A stretch of DNA of 64,000 nt, taken from Lama guanicoe (taxonomy: Eukaryota). The position numbers and the translations under genes were made by a program. The stretch's first letter is position 1; each line of letters starts with the position of its first letter. The notes beneath the pieces are model-generated. The model was given only the letters and a program-made list of their open reading frames with translations, did not search any database and was not told the DNA's origin. The stretch covers positions 327,822 to 391,821 of the forward strand of contig MU053444.1 of NCBI GenBank assembly GCA_013239625.1, read 5' to 3'. This document shows positions 51,171 to 63,110 of the stretch, piece by piece.

Positions 51171-54100
51171 CTCTGCCTCCATGCAGACAATCAGTGGCTG
51201 TGGTTCTAGCCGAGTTTCTGAAGATGTGGATTTAAACACACACATCCCAGCCCCCATAGGAGCACACAGTCCCATAAATCCCTACAACCTCCACTGGTAA
51301 CTACGGAGCTGATGGGGACACGGGTTTCGGGGCTGCAGAGGCCTGACTGCACGACTTGCTTCGTGGACTATTTACGTGGTTGTTCTGAGCCTTGTCTGAA
51401 GAGGCTTGCTATTGCACCTGGTACATGGGAAATACCTGGTACATATATAAAATCAGTACTAGAACCTCCACTTTTGCTCCCTCTTGGGCCTTTCAACCTA
51501 AAAAATAATAAGTGAACTCAGATGGCCTAGTCACCACAATGAGGTCCGTCCAGCCTGGCTCTCCTGAGTGACAGGCACTGACTTGCCCATTAACTCGGAA
51601 AAGTAGGGGACCCGCCGTCCTCTAACTGGGCCTCTCCCCACACCGGGCACGCCCTTAGCTGAGACGTGGCCATCTCCCCCATTGAGGTGTGTGCCGGTGG
51701 CTTCAGTGTGACCTGGCCCTGCCGGGACATGAACCTGCAGTGAGGTGGAGTGTCAGGAAGAGGGGGGGTCCCTGTTGAGGCAGCCAGGGTCCCGGTAGCA
51801 CCCTGCCCAGCCTGGTGCCTGGGGCTCCCCAACATCTCCTATGGCCCCCGGGTCGGCTCTGGTCCGGGCCACTCAAAGCACCCTCCCAGTATCTTTTCAT
51901 TAAGTCCCTTTTTTGCTTTTATCTGCCAGAGGTGGCTTCTGTTGCTTGTTCAGTGAAACAGTGCATCAGGAAACCAGACTATTTCTAAGATCAGTAAAAT
52001 ACCAACTTCAGTCAGCTCGCCAGGCTGACCGTGCAGCACAAATTCCCACACAGGGCTGTGCAAATGTCTTACGTGAAGGGTCCTCATCATCTGTCTTCAG
52101 AGATACAGAAGCTAGTGGTTCAGGTAAAACCTCAGGGAGGGATTGAGAAATCCAAAGCGGGTTGGTTTCACAGACTAACTGGTCGGACCAGACAACTGAA
52201 GTGTGGTCAGAAGCCTGGCTCAATGTCATGCAGACTTAGCGCCCTAAGTGTCCGGTGAGGCCAGTTCCCTTTACAGGCTCTCGTTGGGGAGTCACTGTAG
52301 CCCCTTACACTCAGCAGGGAATCCAGCCCTCTTAGCCCCCATCCTGAGTGCTCCATGACACAAATATTGGGAGTGTTTAATTTTCATCTTTGTTTAGGAG
52401 GATGAAAGTGGGGCAAGAGGAGACATAAATTCACACTTAGTGACACCAAATCACAGCCAGTACCTCCTCCTCGGAGAGCTATGTGCTCCCACAGTGGTGG
52501 CTGGGGGGCTGGGCAGAGCCCCTCCACTGGTCACAGAGGGACTCACTCTTCTGCCTGCAACTGATGGGTTGGACAACCAATCCAGAGGGGACAGAGCATC
52601 TTTCCCGGGAATTTGGAACTGACACACAGAAATTAATTTCACTCATCTGGGGATTGGGAGGAGGGTGGAAATCAAATGAAACCAGAGCAGGAGAGAAAGT
52701 TACCAGTGAATGAGAGAGAGAAAGAGAGACTGAACTTGTGAGAGCAAATAGTGGGAAGGAAGGATAACAATCAGGGGACAGAGGAATTCCAGCTCCTGGC
52801 TGTCTAGTGTGTCCCAGCCCATCAACAAACCTGCGGGATGTTTAACATCATTCCAGTTTTCCAGATTAGGAAATAGGCTGAAAGAGATGGGGGTTGGCTT
52901 CCGGTGCACAGTTAATTTAAGTGCCACTGGACCCCTCACTTCCCACTGCCTGAAGGCACCATGATCCTCACAGGGACCCTGCTGTGCTGACAGCCCAGCA
53001 CCCTGATCAAAGGGACCCTGCGGGAGTGGGAACCTCTCTGAGTGTGGAGAGTTCCCTGCACCGAGATTCCATGCATCAGCCAGCTCCCGCTCACCCCAGG
53101 TTAACGTCTCCCCAGCTGTGCAGACTCCCGACCCACTTCCCTCCCTGCCAGGCACCCCCGTTCTTACCACCGAGTGTACTGCAGGAATTCAGGCACAGGG
53201 ATGCCCAAAGCAACATGAGCCCACCGGCTGTACAAACAGCAGACTCCCAGCCCCACCTGGGCTCCATGGGGTTAGTAGGTGTCCTCAACTTTCATGTATC
53301 TAAGGCAATGTGTTTCTTCAGCTGTAGGTTATAGAGAAAAATAAAAGGTCAAAAACATTTTTCAGTGAGGAATTCCTTCAAGGACCTGACTCCAGAGTCT
53401 ACAACCAGTTGTGCTGGCCGCTCCTACCCCCGGACTTTGGGTGAGGTGGTTTATTGATCAGCACAATTGCCAGTGGCCCAGCTCCTTGGCTTGGCTGCCA
53501 AGAGGGGGCTGGGGGAATGGGCAAGGCCAGGGCACTCAGGAAGAGTACAGAGGACCTGGCCTCTCCCCTCCACACTTGTAAACCCCCAAATCTCAAGGCA
53601 TCGGAAAGAGTGCAGCCACCACAATAATGAGATGCTCCCAACTCTTCATTAACCCCTGTCAGTTCACTTACGTGCTGAGCATCCACTGGGTCACAGGACA
53701 TGACACACAGGATGGCCGTTAGGACAGGCTTGGTACTTCCCCCTGGATCCTGTTCAATCTGATGGAAGAATGATCACTCATAAACGGTTTCTCAAGAGAA
53801 TACATAGACAAGACAAACTGCAGAGTGAATCAAATTTTAAAATATAAATGAGTATCCCCCATTCTCCCTGCCTAAGGTTAACAGCATAAAGAAAATAGAT
53901 CTTGCCTTTGATCACCAAGGTAGTGGTCACCCCCTCTCAGGACAAAAGGAGAGTTATTCTCTGAGCAGGACACAGAAGTGCTCCATCGGATTGGACCAGG
54001 ACCTCTGCATTCACTCAACAAATCTGTATAAGCTCCTACTACATATGGGAATCTAGTAACTATACCCATTCCCAAGGCTCTTGGGCTTTATTAGTCAAGA

Positions 54101-54480
54101 AAATAGACACGACTCCCCATCACTGGGGGCTCAGAGTTTTAGCAGAGGAAACAGGAAGCATGTTGGGGGTAGCAAGAGCTTGGAAAAAAATAAGAGTGAT
54201 ATGAGCAAACTCAGGTGATGATGGTGGGGTGTGAGGCAGGCAGGAGGGAATAAGGCAGTCCTGGCAGATCTCACGGAGTAATGAACTTGAAGCAGCATAG
54301 ATCCGGAGGAAGAAGGAAGAGCCTGAGCCAAAGGCCCCGAGTGATGGGGAGAGTGTGGGCTGAGAGGCAGAGCACGCCGGGACCTGGAAGACTTTGGGAC
54401 GACGTTGCCTCCTAATGAAATGGTGACCATTTTAGTGAGTCTTGATGGGATGGGTGATGTCCAATTTATGCTTTTGTTTT

Positions 54481-54592
54481 GTTTTTTTGGGGGGAGGGTA
54501 ATTTATTTATTTTAGTGAAGGTGCTGTTGTTTGAACCCAGGATTTCATGCATGATAAGCATGTGCTCTATCACTGAGCTACTCCCACCCCCT
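54481..54592 (-). mobile_element. tRNA-derived SINE (Vic-1-like)
   Basis: Reverse complement ggggtgggagtagctcagtgatagagcacatgcttatcatgcatgaaatcctgggttcaaac, with an A-rich tail. Confidence 0.78.
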
Positions 54593-54777
54593 CAATGTAT
54601 GCTTTTATAGGCTCCCTCTGACTCTCTGTGAATGAGATTGTAGAAAAGCAAAGATGGAAGAAGGAGGCTATTTGGTGTCCAAGAAGGGGCTGAAGGTGGC
54701 TCCTAGGAGGGTGGGGAACACGGAGTAGGTGGTTAATGAAGACAGAGTAGCCAGAAATTTCTAACAAGCTGGATTTG

Positions 54778-54780
<3 letters not shown>

Positions 54781-54824
<44 letters not shown>
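54781..54824. repeat. (TG)22 microsatellite
   Basis: Uninterrupted TG run, directly visible. Confidence 0.97.
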
Positions 54825-54825
<1 letters not shown>

Positions 54826-57800
54826 AAGAGAAAGAGAGATAAAGAACATGTTTCCAACATCTGGACCTGGAAAATGGGATGGATGTCCTCTCTATCCACA
54901 GGGGATGGGACAAGATGGGGCTGAGCAGGTGGAAAGGGGCTGGAATCAGCTCGGTTCTTCAATGTCATGGTTAAGGAGTCTATTAGATATTGCCACAGAA
55001 ACGCCTAATAGGTAGAGGAGTCTGGGTTTTTTCTTCTTTCTTTTTAAAATTAAAAAATATAATTTAAATGTATTAATTTTATTATGTGAATGAATTTGGA
55101 ATTTTATTTCATGCCAAGGTATATGTTATAATAGCCAAATGGAAAATATATCAGAAAAGGGGAGAAATGAGGGCTGTAACATAAACTGACTGTCCATACC
55201 GTAGGTAAAATTTCAATAAAACCTGTCTTCAGTGAAAAAACCTCATCTAGGTGTTACATAAAATTAAATGAAAAATGACTATGTTGCTGTATCATTATTT
55301 CATGTTACATAATATCCCCAAACAAACACACTGCTTAACTATGAGGCTTGTAGAAATACTATTCACTTTATTGACATAAATACAGAAATGCAGAAAGGTC
55401 CTAAGGTAGAATAAGCATCTTAGTGGAAATAATATAGATCTGAGCATTTTACATGATATGTATGGACTGATTCAATATTTACACAGTAGAACATATGTAT
55501 GAATGTAATAGCAAGATGAATGAAAGAAAAAGAATATGAGTATCAGGGAGAGAGTTCCAAATGGAAAGGGCCAATCAGGGAGTTTTGGACAAATTGAGAA
55601 TTTGATGTCATGTCAATTTCCAAGCATGGCTGCTTCCACCAAATTTATAGCAGAGAGATAGTGGAGAGACCCAGGACCCAACTCTGGGGCACATTCGCAG
55701 TAAATGTTTGGAAAAAAGAGGAGACGTTGGCAAAAGACCAGCCAGTGGATCGAAAGCAGAGTGATGGGCTGGAGGCCAAGTAAAGCAGGAACACGGGGGA
55801 GGAGGGATGGAAGAGCTGGGTCAAATGCTGCCAAAGCGCCACGCATGATGAAGACTAAAAACTGACCACTATATTTAACAATGAGGGGACACTGATGGCC
55901 TTGACAGAGCAGTTTCCATAGAGCGAGGTATCAGGGGAAAAGCCAGAGTGGGTACAAAAGGGGATGGCTCAAGAGAATATGCAGACAGTGAGTTTAAACT
56001 ACTTATTAAAGATTTGCAGCAAAGACATGGGGTGGCAATTGGTGGGGGCGAATTAGGGTCAAGGAGTGCTGTTTGTTTCTTTTAAGAGGATGGACTTTTA
56101 TATACTGATAGGAGCCAACTAGCAGGAGAACAAAATAGATGAGGTAGTGACAGAGAGGATGGATGTGGGAGTGACAGCCTGGAGAAAATTGGATGGGTGG
56201 CCCCCCTGGTGACTTTTGGATGATCTGGCTTTCGATGTCACCTGTAATAAGAAGTGGGGCAGCGAGAGTGAGGTCACAGACATCAGAAGGTGAACGGATG
56301 TGCTGGGAGTTGCTGGTCAAAGTTCTCTTCTGTTGGCTTCAGTTTGCTTGGTCAAAGTAGAAAAGTAAACTTACCAGCTGAGGAACAAGGAGGAAGAGTT
56401 ACTGGAGTCATGAGCAGAAGATATGAAAGAGTCTTCAGGGACAATGGGACAGTGAAAAGGGCAGGGGGAGATGGGGGGAGTGTGCTCTCAGAAAGTTACA
56501 TTTTATCTTTGAGGTCCCCAAGGGTTGGATGTGTGATTGCCCTTCCTGCTGTCTACAAAATAAAAATTGAGTATGGTTCAGGGAAAGTGCTATTTCATTC
56601 TAAGAAGCTGCCTGTTTCTCAGGAATGGTCATCTTAAACTGCAAACATTACAAAAACACTGAAAAGAAGAACTTGTGTACCCAATGATCCACTATTTTCT
56701 ATAAATTTGGTTGCTATTTAGTTCCCCTATCAGTACCACAGAACCGATACTGCCTAGGATGGAGATACATCGATGCTTAAATGGAAATGAAATCTGTATC
56801 TTTTTCCTAAAAAATGAAATCCTTTTTCCTAAACTCCATGGCTTCCTTAACATCCCATTCCCCTTGGAATTTAAGGGTGTCCGGTATAAGAAATGAGAAA
56901 CAGTTTGAGAAAATCCCGGCTCAGTATTACACAACACAACCTCAGCTCAGAAGTATAAAGCCGTAAAAATGTTTAGAAGCAAAACTCCATAACTACTCAA
57001 AGAATTTTGCAAACCTGGGACTGCCCAGATATTTCCAAACTGGAAAGGTACTCCAATCACTTGACCAGTACAGGAACCAGAGGCTGGTCAGCCTTTTCTG
57101 TAAAAGCCAGAGAGTAAATATTTTCAGTTTTGCAGATCATTTTGTTGTAACCATGCAGGTCTGCAATAAGAAAGCAAAGAGCACTGGGAGACAGGATGAG
57201 CATGCCCCTCCCTTCCACTCAGGGCAGCTTCTCTGTGGTGGGGAGCTTTGCCACAATCACTTGTTTCTTTGTTTCCATTGGTTTCTTTGTTTCCACCTTA
57301 CTGCTCAAGCTCAGAACTTCAAGTGAGCCTGGTCCTTGAGCATCCATGCAGAGAGAAGGCTGAGCGGTGGTGGGGACACCAAATGACAGAGAACAGAGAT
57401 AGCTTGACACCATGACATGAGACAATCATACCTTTTGGGGTGAAAGGGAACAAAGATAAGGGAGGGGAACAGCAGTGCGAACCCTGGGTCACCTGCCAGG
57501 CTTGCTCTCCCTCCACGGCCACCCTGGGGGCCTGGGTGGTGTCGGAACTCAGCTACAGTGATTAGGCTGAGGGGATTCAGAATAAAGGACCCTCCGTCTC
57601 CACACCGGGTTCCAACCACAGCCTCTCTAAGACTACCCTCTGAGTTTCTGGAACTCAGCTGGAAGAATATATGATCAGGCCAGACCCAGAGCCCAAGCCA
57701 AACATGACAGGGGTCACGTGGGGTTGTAACCCCATGCTCAGTGGTCGGGGTCTCCTTGCAAATCTGCAGAAATCCCTGTTCTACCTCATTCCTGGGAGAA

Positions 57801-58859
57801 ACCCCACATCTCCTCCTGCTCTGTCTGTTCTTCTCTTGAGGCTATTGTCCTGGAGGGATGCAGAGTCCTTGAACCTGGCCCTCCAAACGTACATAAGCAG
57901 CCTGTTCAATAAAACAAATTATGCACTTTTTCACATTTGCCAGTTTTTCGATTCCAGAAAGGCTGCGGGACTCTTTCTCACTGTCTCCTGTGCCCCCACC
58001 ACTTGGTGGCCCTCTACTCATGGAAACACGATTTCCCACAACTGCACCCTGCCTCCCAGCTTGTCAGAGTGGAGTGACCCACAAAGACACAGGTGTTTGT
58101 GAGGATCCTGTCCCCCAGCAGAAAGCCTACTCCTGGAGCCACGGACAGGGATCTGGCCTCCTGAGCCACTCAGCTCTAATTGAAAGCCTAAACTGGGGAC
58201 CCTGAACATTGCTGAATGACTTTCTGAGTCACCTGGGCTGGAGGGGCCTGATTTTTCTTTCCAGGAATGGACGTAGAGCAGCTTCCATTTTCAGGGCTGA
58301 CATTCATGATGGATCCAGTTCCCCCAACTGTACCCCAGGAAGGAGAGGCCCTTCCATTCCACTGGTTAGAAACCCAGCCCAGGGGAGTTCCGAAGCACTG
58401 CATCGCTGTCAAGTCCAGCATGCCTGCAGAGTGGCCCCTGTCCCTGAATGAGCCCCTGCCCTGGGCCTTCCCTGCCCCGACATGACCACACCCCAGGTGC
58501 TGCTGTGGAAGGCAGGGAGTGCAGTGAGGGGTGGGAGTAGAGCCCCTTGCTCTGGAGTGAGGGTTCTTGGGGAGACCACAGAGCAAGGCACACACCACCC
58601 CCACCCTATAGCCCAAACTTTTAGTCCCGCCAACACAGAGGCCGCTCTGTGTCCTCTCACCGTGTCTCTCCTCTGAGACTGCACCCAACCCGGCATTTGG
58701 CACCCCAGCCCTACCTCCCCTCTTATGACAGATACCGTCTTCTTGGAAACTGCCTAGCAGCGCGTATTCAAGGCCAACAGTGGGCCTGGCGGATCTGCAC
58801 TTCAGGTGCCCTACCTGGCCAGTCGTGCGTGCCTGGGCTCAGTCCTCTATCTTGCCCAC

Positions 58860-59620
58860 AGGTAGCCAGGGTCCACGTCCGGTGCAAACGGAGGCCGCGG
58901 AGCCCAGGATGATCCCCACACACGGACAGGTGGGGGTGCCCCCGCCCAGCTGCCCCGCTGCCCCGCCCACTGATGGCAGCACCGCCCCAGCCTCCGGCCG
59001 GCGCCACCTGCAGATCAGGACTTCCGCGCGGCCCCGCCCTCCCCAGCCCCGCCCAGCTTCCCCAAAAGCCTCCCTCCACCACCTTCCTGGCCGCGCACAG
59101 GTTACCATTGGCTCCGCAAGTTCTGCCCTCGCAAATCGAGCTTCCGGAAGACGGACGACACAAGCGCTCCGGGCTGGCCCCGCGGCGTTGCCATGATTAC
59201 CGGCGCCGGGCTCCGCTGGGGTCTGCGTGCGCTTCTGGGGCGGGGAGCGGGCTCCGGAAGTGTGTAGCTGCCAGGGACCATGGCAGTGCTTGCTGCTGGG
59301 GACGGCGGCTTGCTCGGCCAGGTGACTATTTCTGCCCTGGTCAGTCGGCGGCCGACATCCTGTCTGAGGCGGCGTCCCACAGACGGTAAACGTACATCCG
59401 CGCCGTCAGCGAGGCCGGTGGACATGGACTGGGGTGGGATCGGGGTTGGGGTGGTGGTCAGGGAGGGGCTGTGGTGCCAGGGAGCGAGTTGGGGAGGGGG
59501 GTACAGGTCTGGGGCACAAACTCGGGCTTTCCTCCCCCTGAGGTCCTGGGGCTGGGGCCGCGAATCTGGGTCGCCCTGGGTGGCCGCGGCCTCCCAGAAC
59601 CCCCGGGAAAGGGCAGGCAG
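58860..59620 (+). promoter_or_regulatory. CpG island / housekeeping-type promoter of the POFUT2 copy
   Basis: High GC and CpG density; GC boxes (ggccccgccc ~59030, ggggcgggg ~59237); ETS/GABP-type CCGGAAG at ~59144 and ~59254; CCAAT on the minus strand (attgg ~59107). Confidence 0.75.
59280..59385 (+). pseudogene. POFUT2: POFUT2 pseudo-exon 1 coding part (signal-peptide region with deletions and frameshift)
   Basis: ATGGCAGTGC-TTGCTGCTGGGG...TTC TGC CCT GGT CAG TCG GCG GCC GAC ATC CTG TCT GAG GCG GCG TCC CAC AGA CG; human reads MATLSFVFLLLGA...EFWPGQSAADILSGAASRR. ATG to donor is 106 nt, shorter than expected and frameshifted. Confidence 0.88.
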
Positions 59621-60214
59621 ATGACCCCTCTTAGATGAAGCGGGGCCTTACCCGGGTTTTGAAGAGCCCCAGAATCAGATGTTGGAATGGGGTGGTTTAT
59701 CAGCCTTGTTTATCTAAAGGGAAATTTCAGTTCCATCCAGATGTTGGTTCCTTCAGTCAGCCTCTGGAATAAGACACAAGGGTCAGTGCCGATTAGCAGT
59801 TATCTAGGGCTTGTCTCAAAATAGACTGTGTGGAGTGTAGGGATGGTAGGTGGGACCCTCCCTCTCGAAGTCAGCAGTCTTCCAGGATTAGAGGCCCCAG
59901 TTGAGTATTACATCCTCGTCTGCAGTAATGGAGGTTGTGAGAAACACACAGAGTAGGGAGGGGTGTGGTGGCGGTAATTCATTACAGAATCCAGGACCGT
60001 TGCCTGGCTCTAGTGTAGAAGAGTCACGCCTAGGATAGGGCAGCAGTTATCAAAATGTATCCAAGGCCCCTGAGGTGCAAGACAATTTTCATAGAAACGC
60101 CGGATGTCACCTGCCTTTTGCACACTTGCTCTCCCGAGTTCCTTTGAAGTTTTCCAGGGGAAACCTGGTCTGTGATATCACAAAACAGGGAATGCAGAGG
60201 CAGATAGGAGAATT

Positions 60215-60510
60215 CAGCTCTCATTAGTCCAAAAGAGATTTGCAGAAATTAAAATCACTGCTATTCTTCTCACTAACGATTTTGGTTTTGAAAAATAGAA
60301 ATATGTTTTGTTTAAGAGTATTAATGGTAACATACAGTAGATTGTTAATATTTTTAAGTGAATTCATACACTTTCTCTAACTTCTTATTCAACTTCTAAC
60401 ACAGGAAATATTGATAGACTTAACTCACATAAATAGCAGCCTTTTGGAGTTCTCAGTAATTGTTAAGTGTGTATAGGGTTCTGTAGAACAAGAAGTTTGA
60501 GAGCTCCTGG
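60215..60510. mobile_element. hAT-Charlie DNA transposon fragment in POFUT2 intron 1
   Basis: ctattcttctcactaacgattttggttttgaaaaatag ... aatattgatagacttaactcacataaa ... aagtttgagagctcctg. Confidence 0.5.
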
Positions 60511-60769
60511 AGGACGGGTGCTAGTCAGGTGCTTAGTGGTGTTAGACGGATGCCAAGATGTCTTCCGCAACTGCTCCCGGACTTGAAGAAATTGGCCACA
60601 TGGAGATGGGTGGGCAGTGCCTCCACTTTACAAACCAGAAGCTGCTGAATGTGTCTGGAGTCTAGGCCATGGGCTGTGCAGGGATTCCCGTTGTATCTGT
60701 TCTATCTAAGCCGGGATTCCTGTGCAGAGGCCTGGCCCTGAAGACCCGCTCTGCTTTGCTCCCTGCCAG

Positions 60770-61020
60770 GTATCTTCTGTGTGACGTCAATCCTCCAGAG
60801 GGCTTCAGCCTCCATAGGAACGTCTGCATCCACATTGCCTTCCTCCTGAAGACCCTTCTGAAGATGGAGGAGCCGGTACTGTTGCTATCCCCTTGGGGCC
60901 ACCTCTACCACTGGCAGAGCCCCGACATCAACCAGGTCTTGATTCCCTGGTCCGACTCCTTTGACCTCCCAAGTCTCAACAGAAACATCCCTGACATTGA
61001 GTACGAGCAGTTCATTGCAG
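60770..61020 (+). pseudogene. POFUT2: POFUT2 pseudo-exon 2 (251 nt, frame open but many substitutions)
   Basis: ccctgccAG|G TAT... reads [89 protein letters not shown] versus human [83 protein letters not shown]. Confidence 0.94.
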
Positions 61021-61489
61021 GTGAGGTGGTCGTCATTTAACTGGGGCCTGGTGGTCGTTGTTCTGGTTCTGATCTGAACATCAGGCCATCTTACTTCGGG
61101 CTTGTCGGTCTGCTTAGGGGCCCTGCCCATGTTTCCCACACTGCAGGTGAATTTGGTTTTCCCATAGTTTTTTCGGGAAATCAATTTGAAGTGTATGAGC
61201 TCTATGTTCCCTCACCTCTGAAAACCCTGGCCTCCTGGTGAGATGGAGCGGTGACAAGGAGGCCACTGCCACAGAGGCCTTGTCCCAGAAGTACTCGCTC
61301 CCTATGCACTCAGGGTTGTTCTTACCTGTAGGAAAATACGATGTATGTGTAGCATGGGCCACATGCTGGAGAAGATACGTAACTTTCCATCCAGTATAAT
61401 TTGGTCCTGCTCAAGCTACCCATTTTAAGTTTTGTAAGAGGGAAGAGTTCAAGATTTTCTTTGAATAAAGGTGTTTAGAGCTTATCAAC

Positions 61490-63110
61490 TTTTTTTAAAC
61501 TGAAATGTGGTTGATTTACAATGTTTTGTTAGTTTCAGATATACAGCTGTTTTGTTAGTTTCAGGTATACAGCATAGTGATCCCGTTGTACATATACATA
61601 GTCTATTCTTTTTCAGGTTCTTTTCCATTATACGTTGCAAGATACTGAATATTGTTCCCTGTGTTCTACAGTGAATCCTTGTTGTTTGTCTATTTTACAT
61701 ATAGTAATTTGTATCTGTTAATCCCAAACTCCTATGTTTAGTTTATAAGTCTGTGAGTCTGTTTTTGTTTTATAAATAAGTTCTTTGGATCATTTTTTTA
61801 AAATTCCACATGTAAATTATATCATATGATACTTGTCTTTGTCTGACTTATTTCACTTAGTGAGATAATCTCCAGTTCCATCCAAGTTGCTGTAAATGGC
61901 CTTATTTCCTTCTTTGTTATGATTGAGTAATATTCTTTTATATCTAAATACCATATCTTTATCCAGTCATCTGTCAGTGGACGTTTAGGTTGCTTCTATG
62001 TCCTGGCCATTGTAAACAGTGCTCCTGTGAACATTGGGGTGCAGTTATCTTTTGGAATTAAGGTTCTCTCTGGATATATGCCCAGGAGTGGGATTGCTGA
62101 ATTAGGTGATAAATTGTTTGTTTGTTTGATTTTTGTCTTTTGAGGAATCTCCATACTGTTTCCCACAGTGGCTGTGGCTGCACCAAACTACATTCCCACC
62201 AACAATGTAGTAGGGTTTCCTTTTCTCCACAGCCTATACGGCATTTATGGCTTGTGGACTTTTGAATGATGGCCATTCTGACTGGTGTGAGATGATAACA
62301 TTCTAGTTTTGAGCTGCAATTCTCTGATAATTGACTGATATTGAGCATTTTTTCTTATGCCTATTGGTCATTTGTGTGTTTTCATTGGAGAATTGCTTGT
62401 TTAGTTGTTCTGCCCATTTTTGGATTTGGTTGTTTATTTTTTTCATAGTAAGTTGTATGAACTATTTATATAGTCTAGAAATTAAGCCATGGTCAGTCTC
62501 ATGTTTTGCAAATATTTTCTCCCATTCCATAGGTTGTCTTTTGGTTTTACTTATGGTTTGTATTGCTGTGCAAAAGTTTATAAGTTTAATTAGGTCTCAT
62601 TTATTTGTTTTGGCTTTTATTTCTGTTGCTTGGGTTGCTTAGATTGCCCTTGGAAAACATTGCTGAGATGTATGTCAAATAATGTTTTGCCTATGTTTTC
62701 TTGTGAGAAGTTTATAGTGTCTTGTCTAATATTTAAGTCTTTAAGCCATTTTGAGTTTGTTTCCTTTTGGGCTTTTTGCGACTCTATTGTATCCTTTTGA
62801 TTTGTGCTTACCTTATTCTTCAAATATATCAACCCATTACTATATCTATTTCCTTTAGACTGATAATCACGTAGATTCCAACACATCCTAAGAATAACAA
62901 AGAAAAAAAAGAAAGAAAAAAATCTATATTTTCTTGCTCCCCTCTCCCATTCCCACCTTTTTTTATTTAGATGTCCTTTTCCATTTTTACATCTTTATGT
63001 TTATTTTCTTATAACTCGTTATTGTATTGCCAACTATGATTTTCCTGTTTCTATAGCATCCTGCTTCCTTTCTGTTTAGAATAGAACTTTTAATGTCTCT
63101 GTTAGGTTCA
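61490..63110 (-). mobile_element. LINE-1 in POFUT2 intron 2: 3'UTR and ORF2 C-terminus joined to an upstream L1-like piece
   Basis: ORFs 62058..62348(-) ([14 protein letters not shown]...[14 protein letters not shown]) and 62617..62886(-) (NSKWLKDLNIRQDTI) are L1 ORF2 C-terminal motifs; an artiodactyl-type 3'UTR ends near 61490. Confidence 0.9.

Larger units (their letters stand above)
54100..56460 (+). mobile_element. Fragmented LINE-2, interrupted by a SINE, a microsatellite and L1 pieces
   Basis: L2-type motifs (gtcaaatgctgcc; gactaaaaactgaccactatatttaacaatgagggg...ccttgacagagcagtttcc; gagtctattagatattgcc). Strand and limits approximate. Confidence 0.6.
59280..61020 (+). pseudogene. POFUT2: Partial unprocessed POFUT2 (protein O-fucosyltransferase 2) pseudogene, exons 1-2 with intron 1
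   Basis: Exon 1 ends ...FCPGQSAADILSEAASHRR with donor CG|GTAAAC at 59386, and exon 2 follows after a ~1.4-kb intron. The ATG at 59280 is out of frame with the downstream POFUT2 frame. Exon 3 is not seen in the window. Confidence 0.92.

Noticed and set aside
51930..52123. Plus-strand AG...GT-bounded open segment (ORF 51913..52146)
   Set aside because: No recognisable protein, and the 3' part resembles a decayed MIR.
61522..61573. 26-bp tandem duplication; similar small duplications at ~7545-7570 and ~12467-12500
   Set aside because: Ordinary local slippage duplications, mostly within L1 sequence; no spacer-repeat array, so not CRISPR-like.
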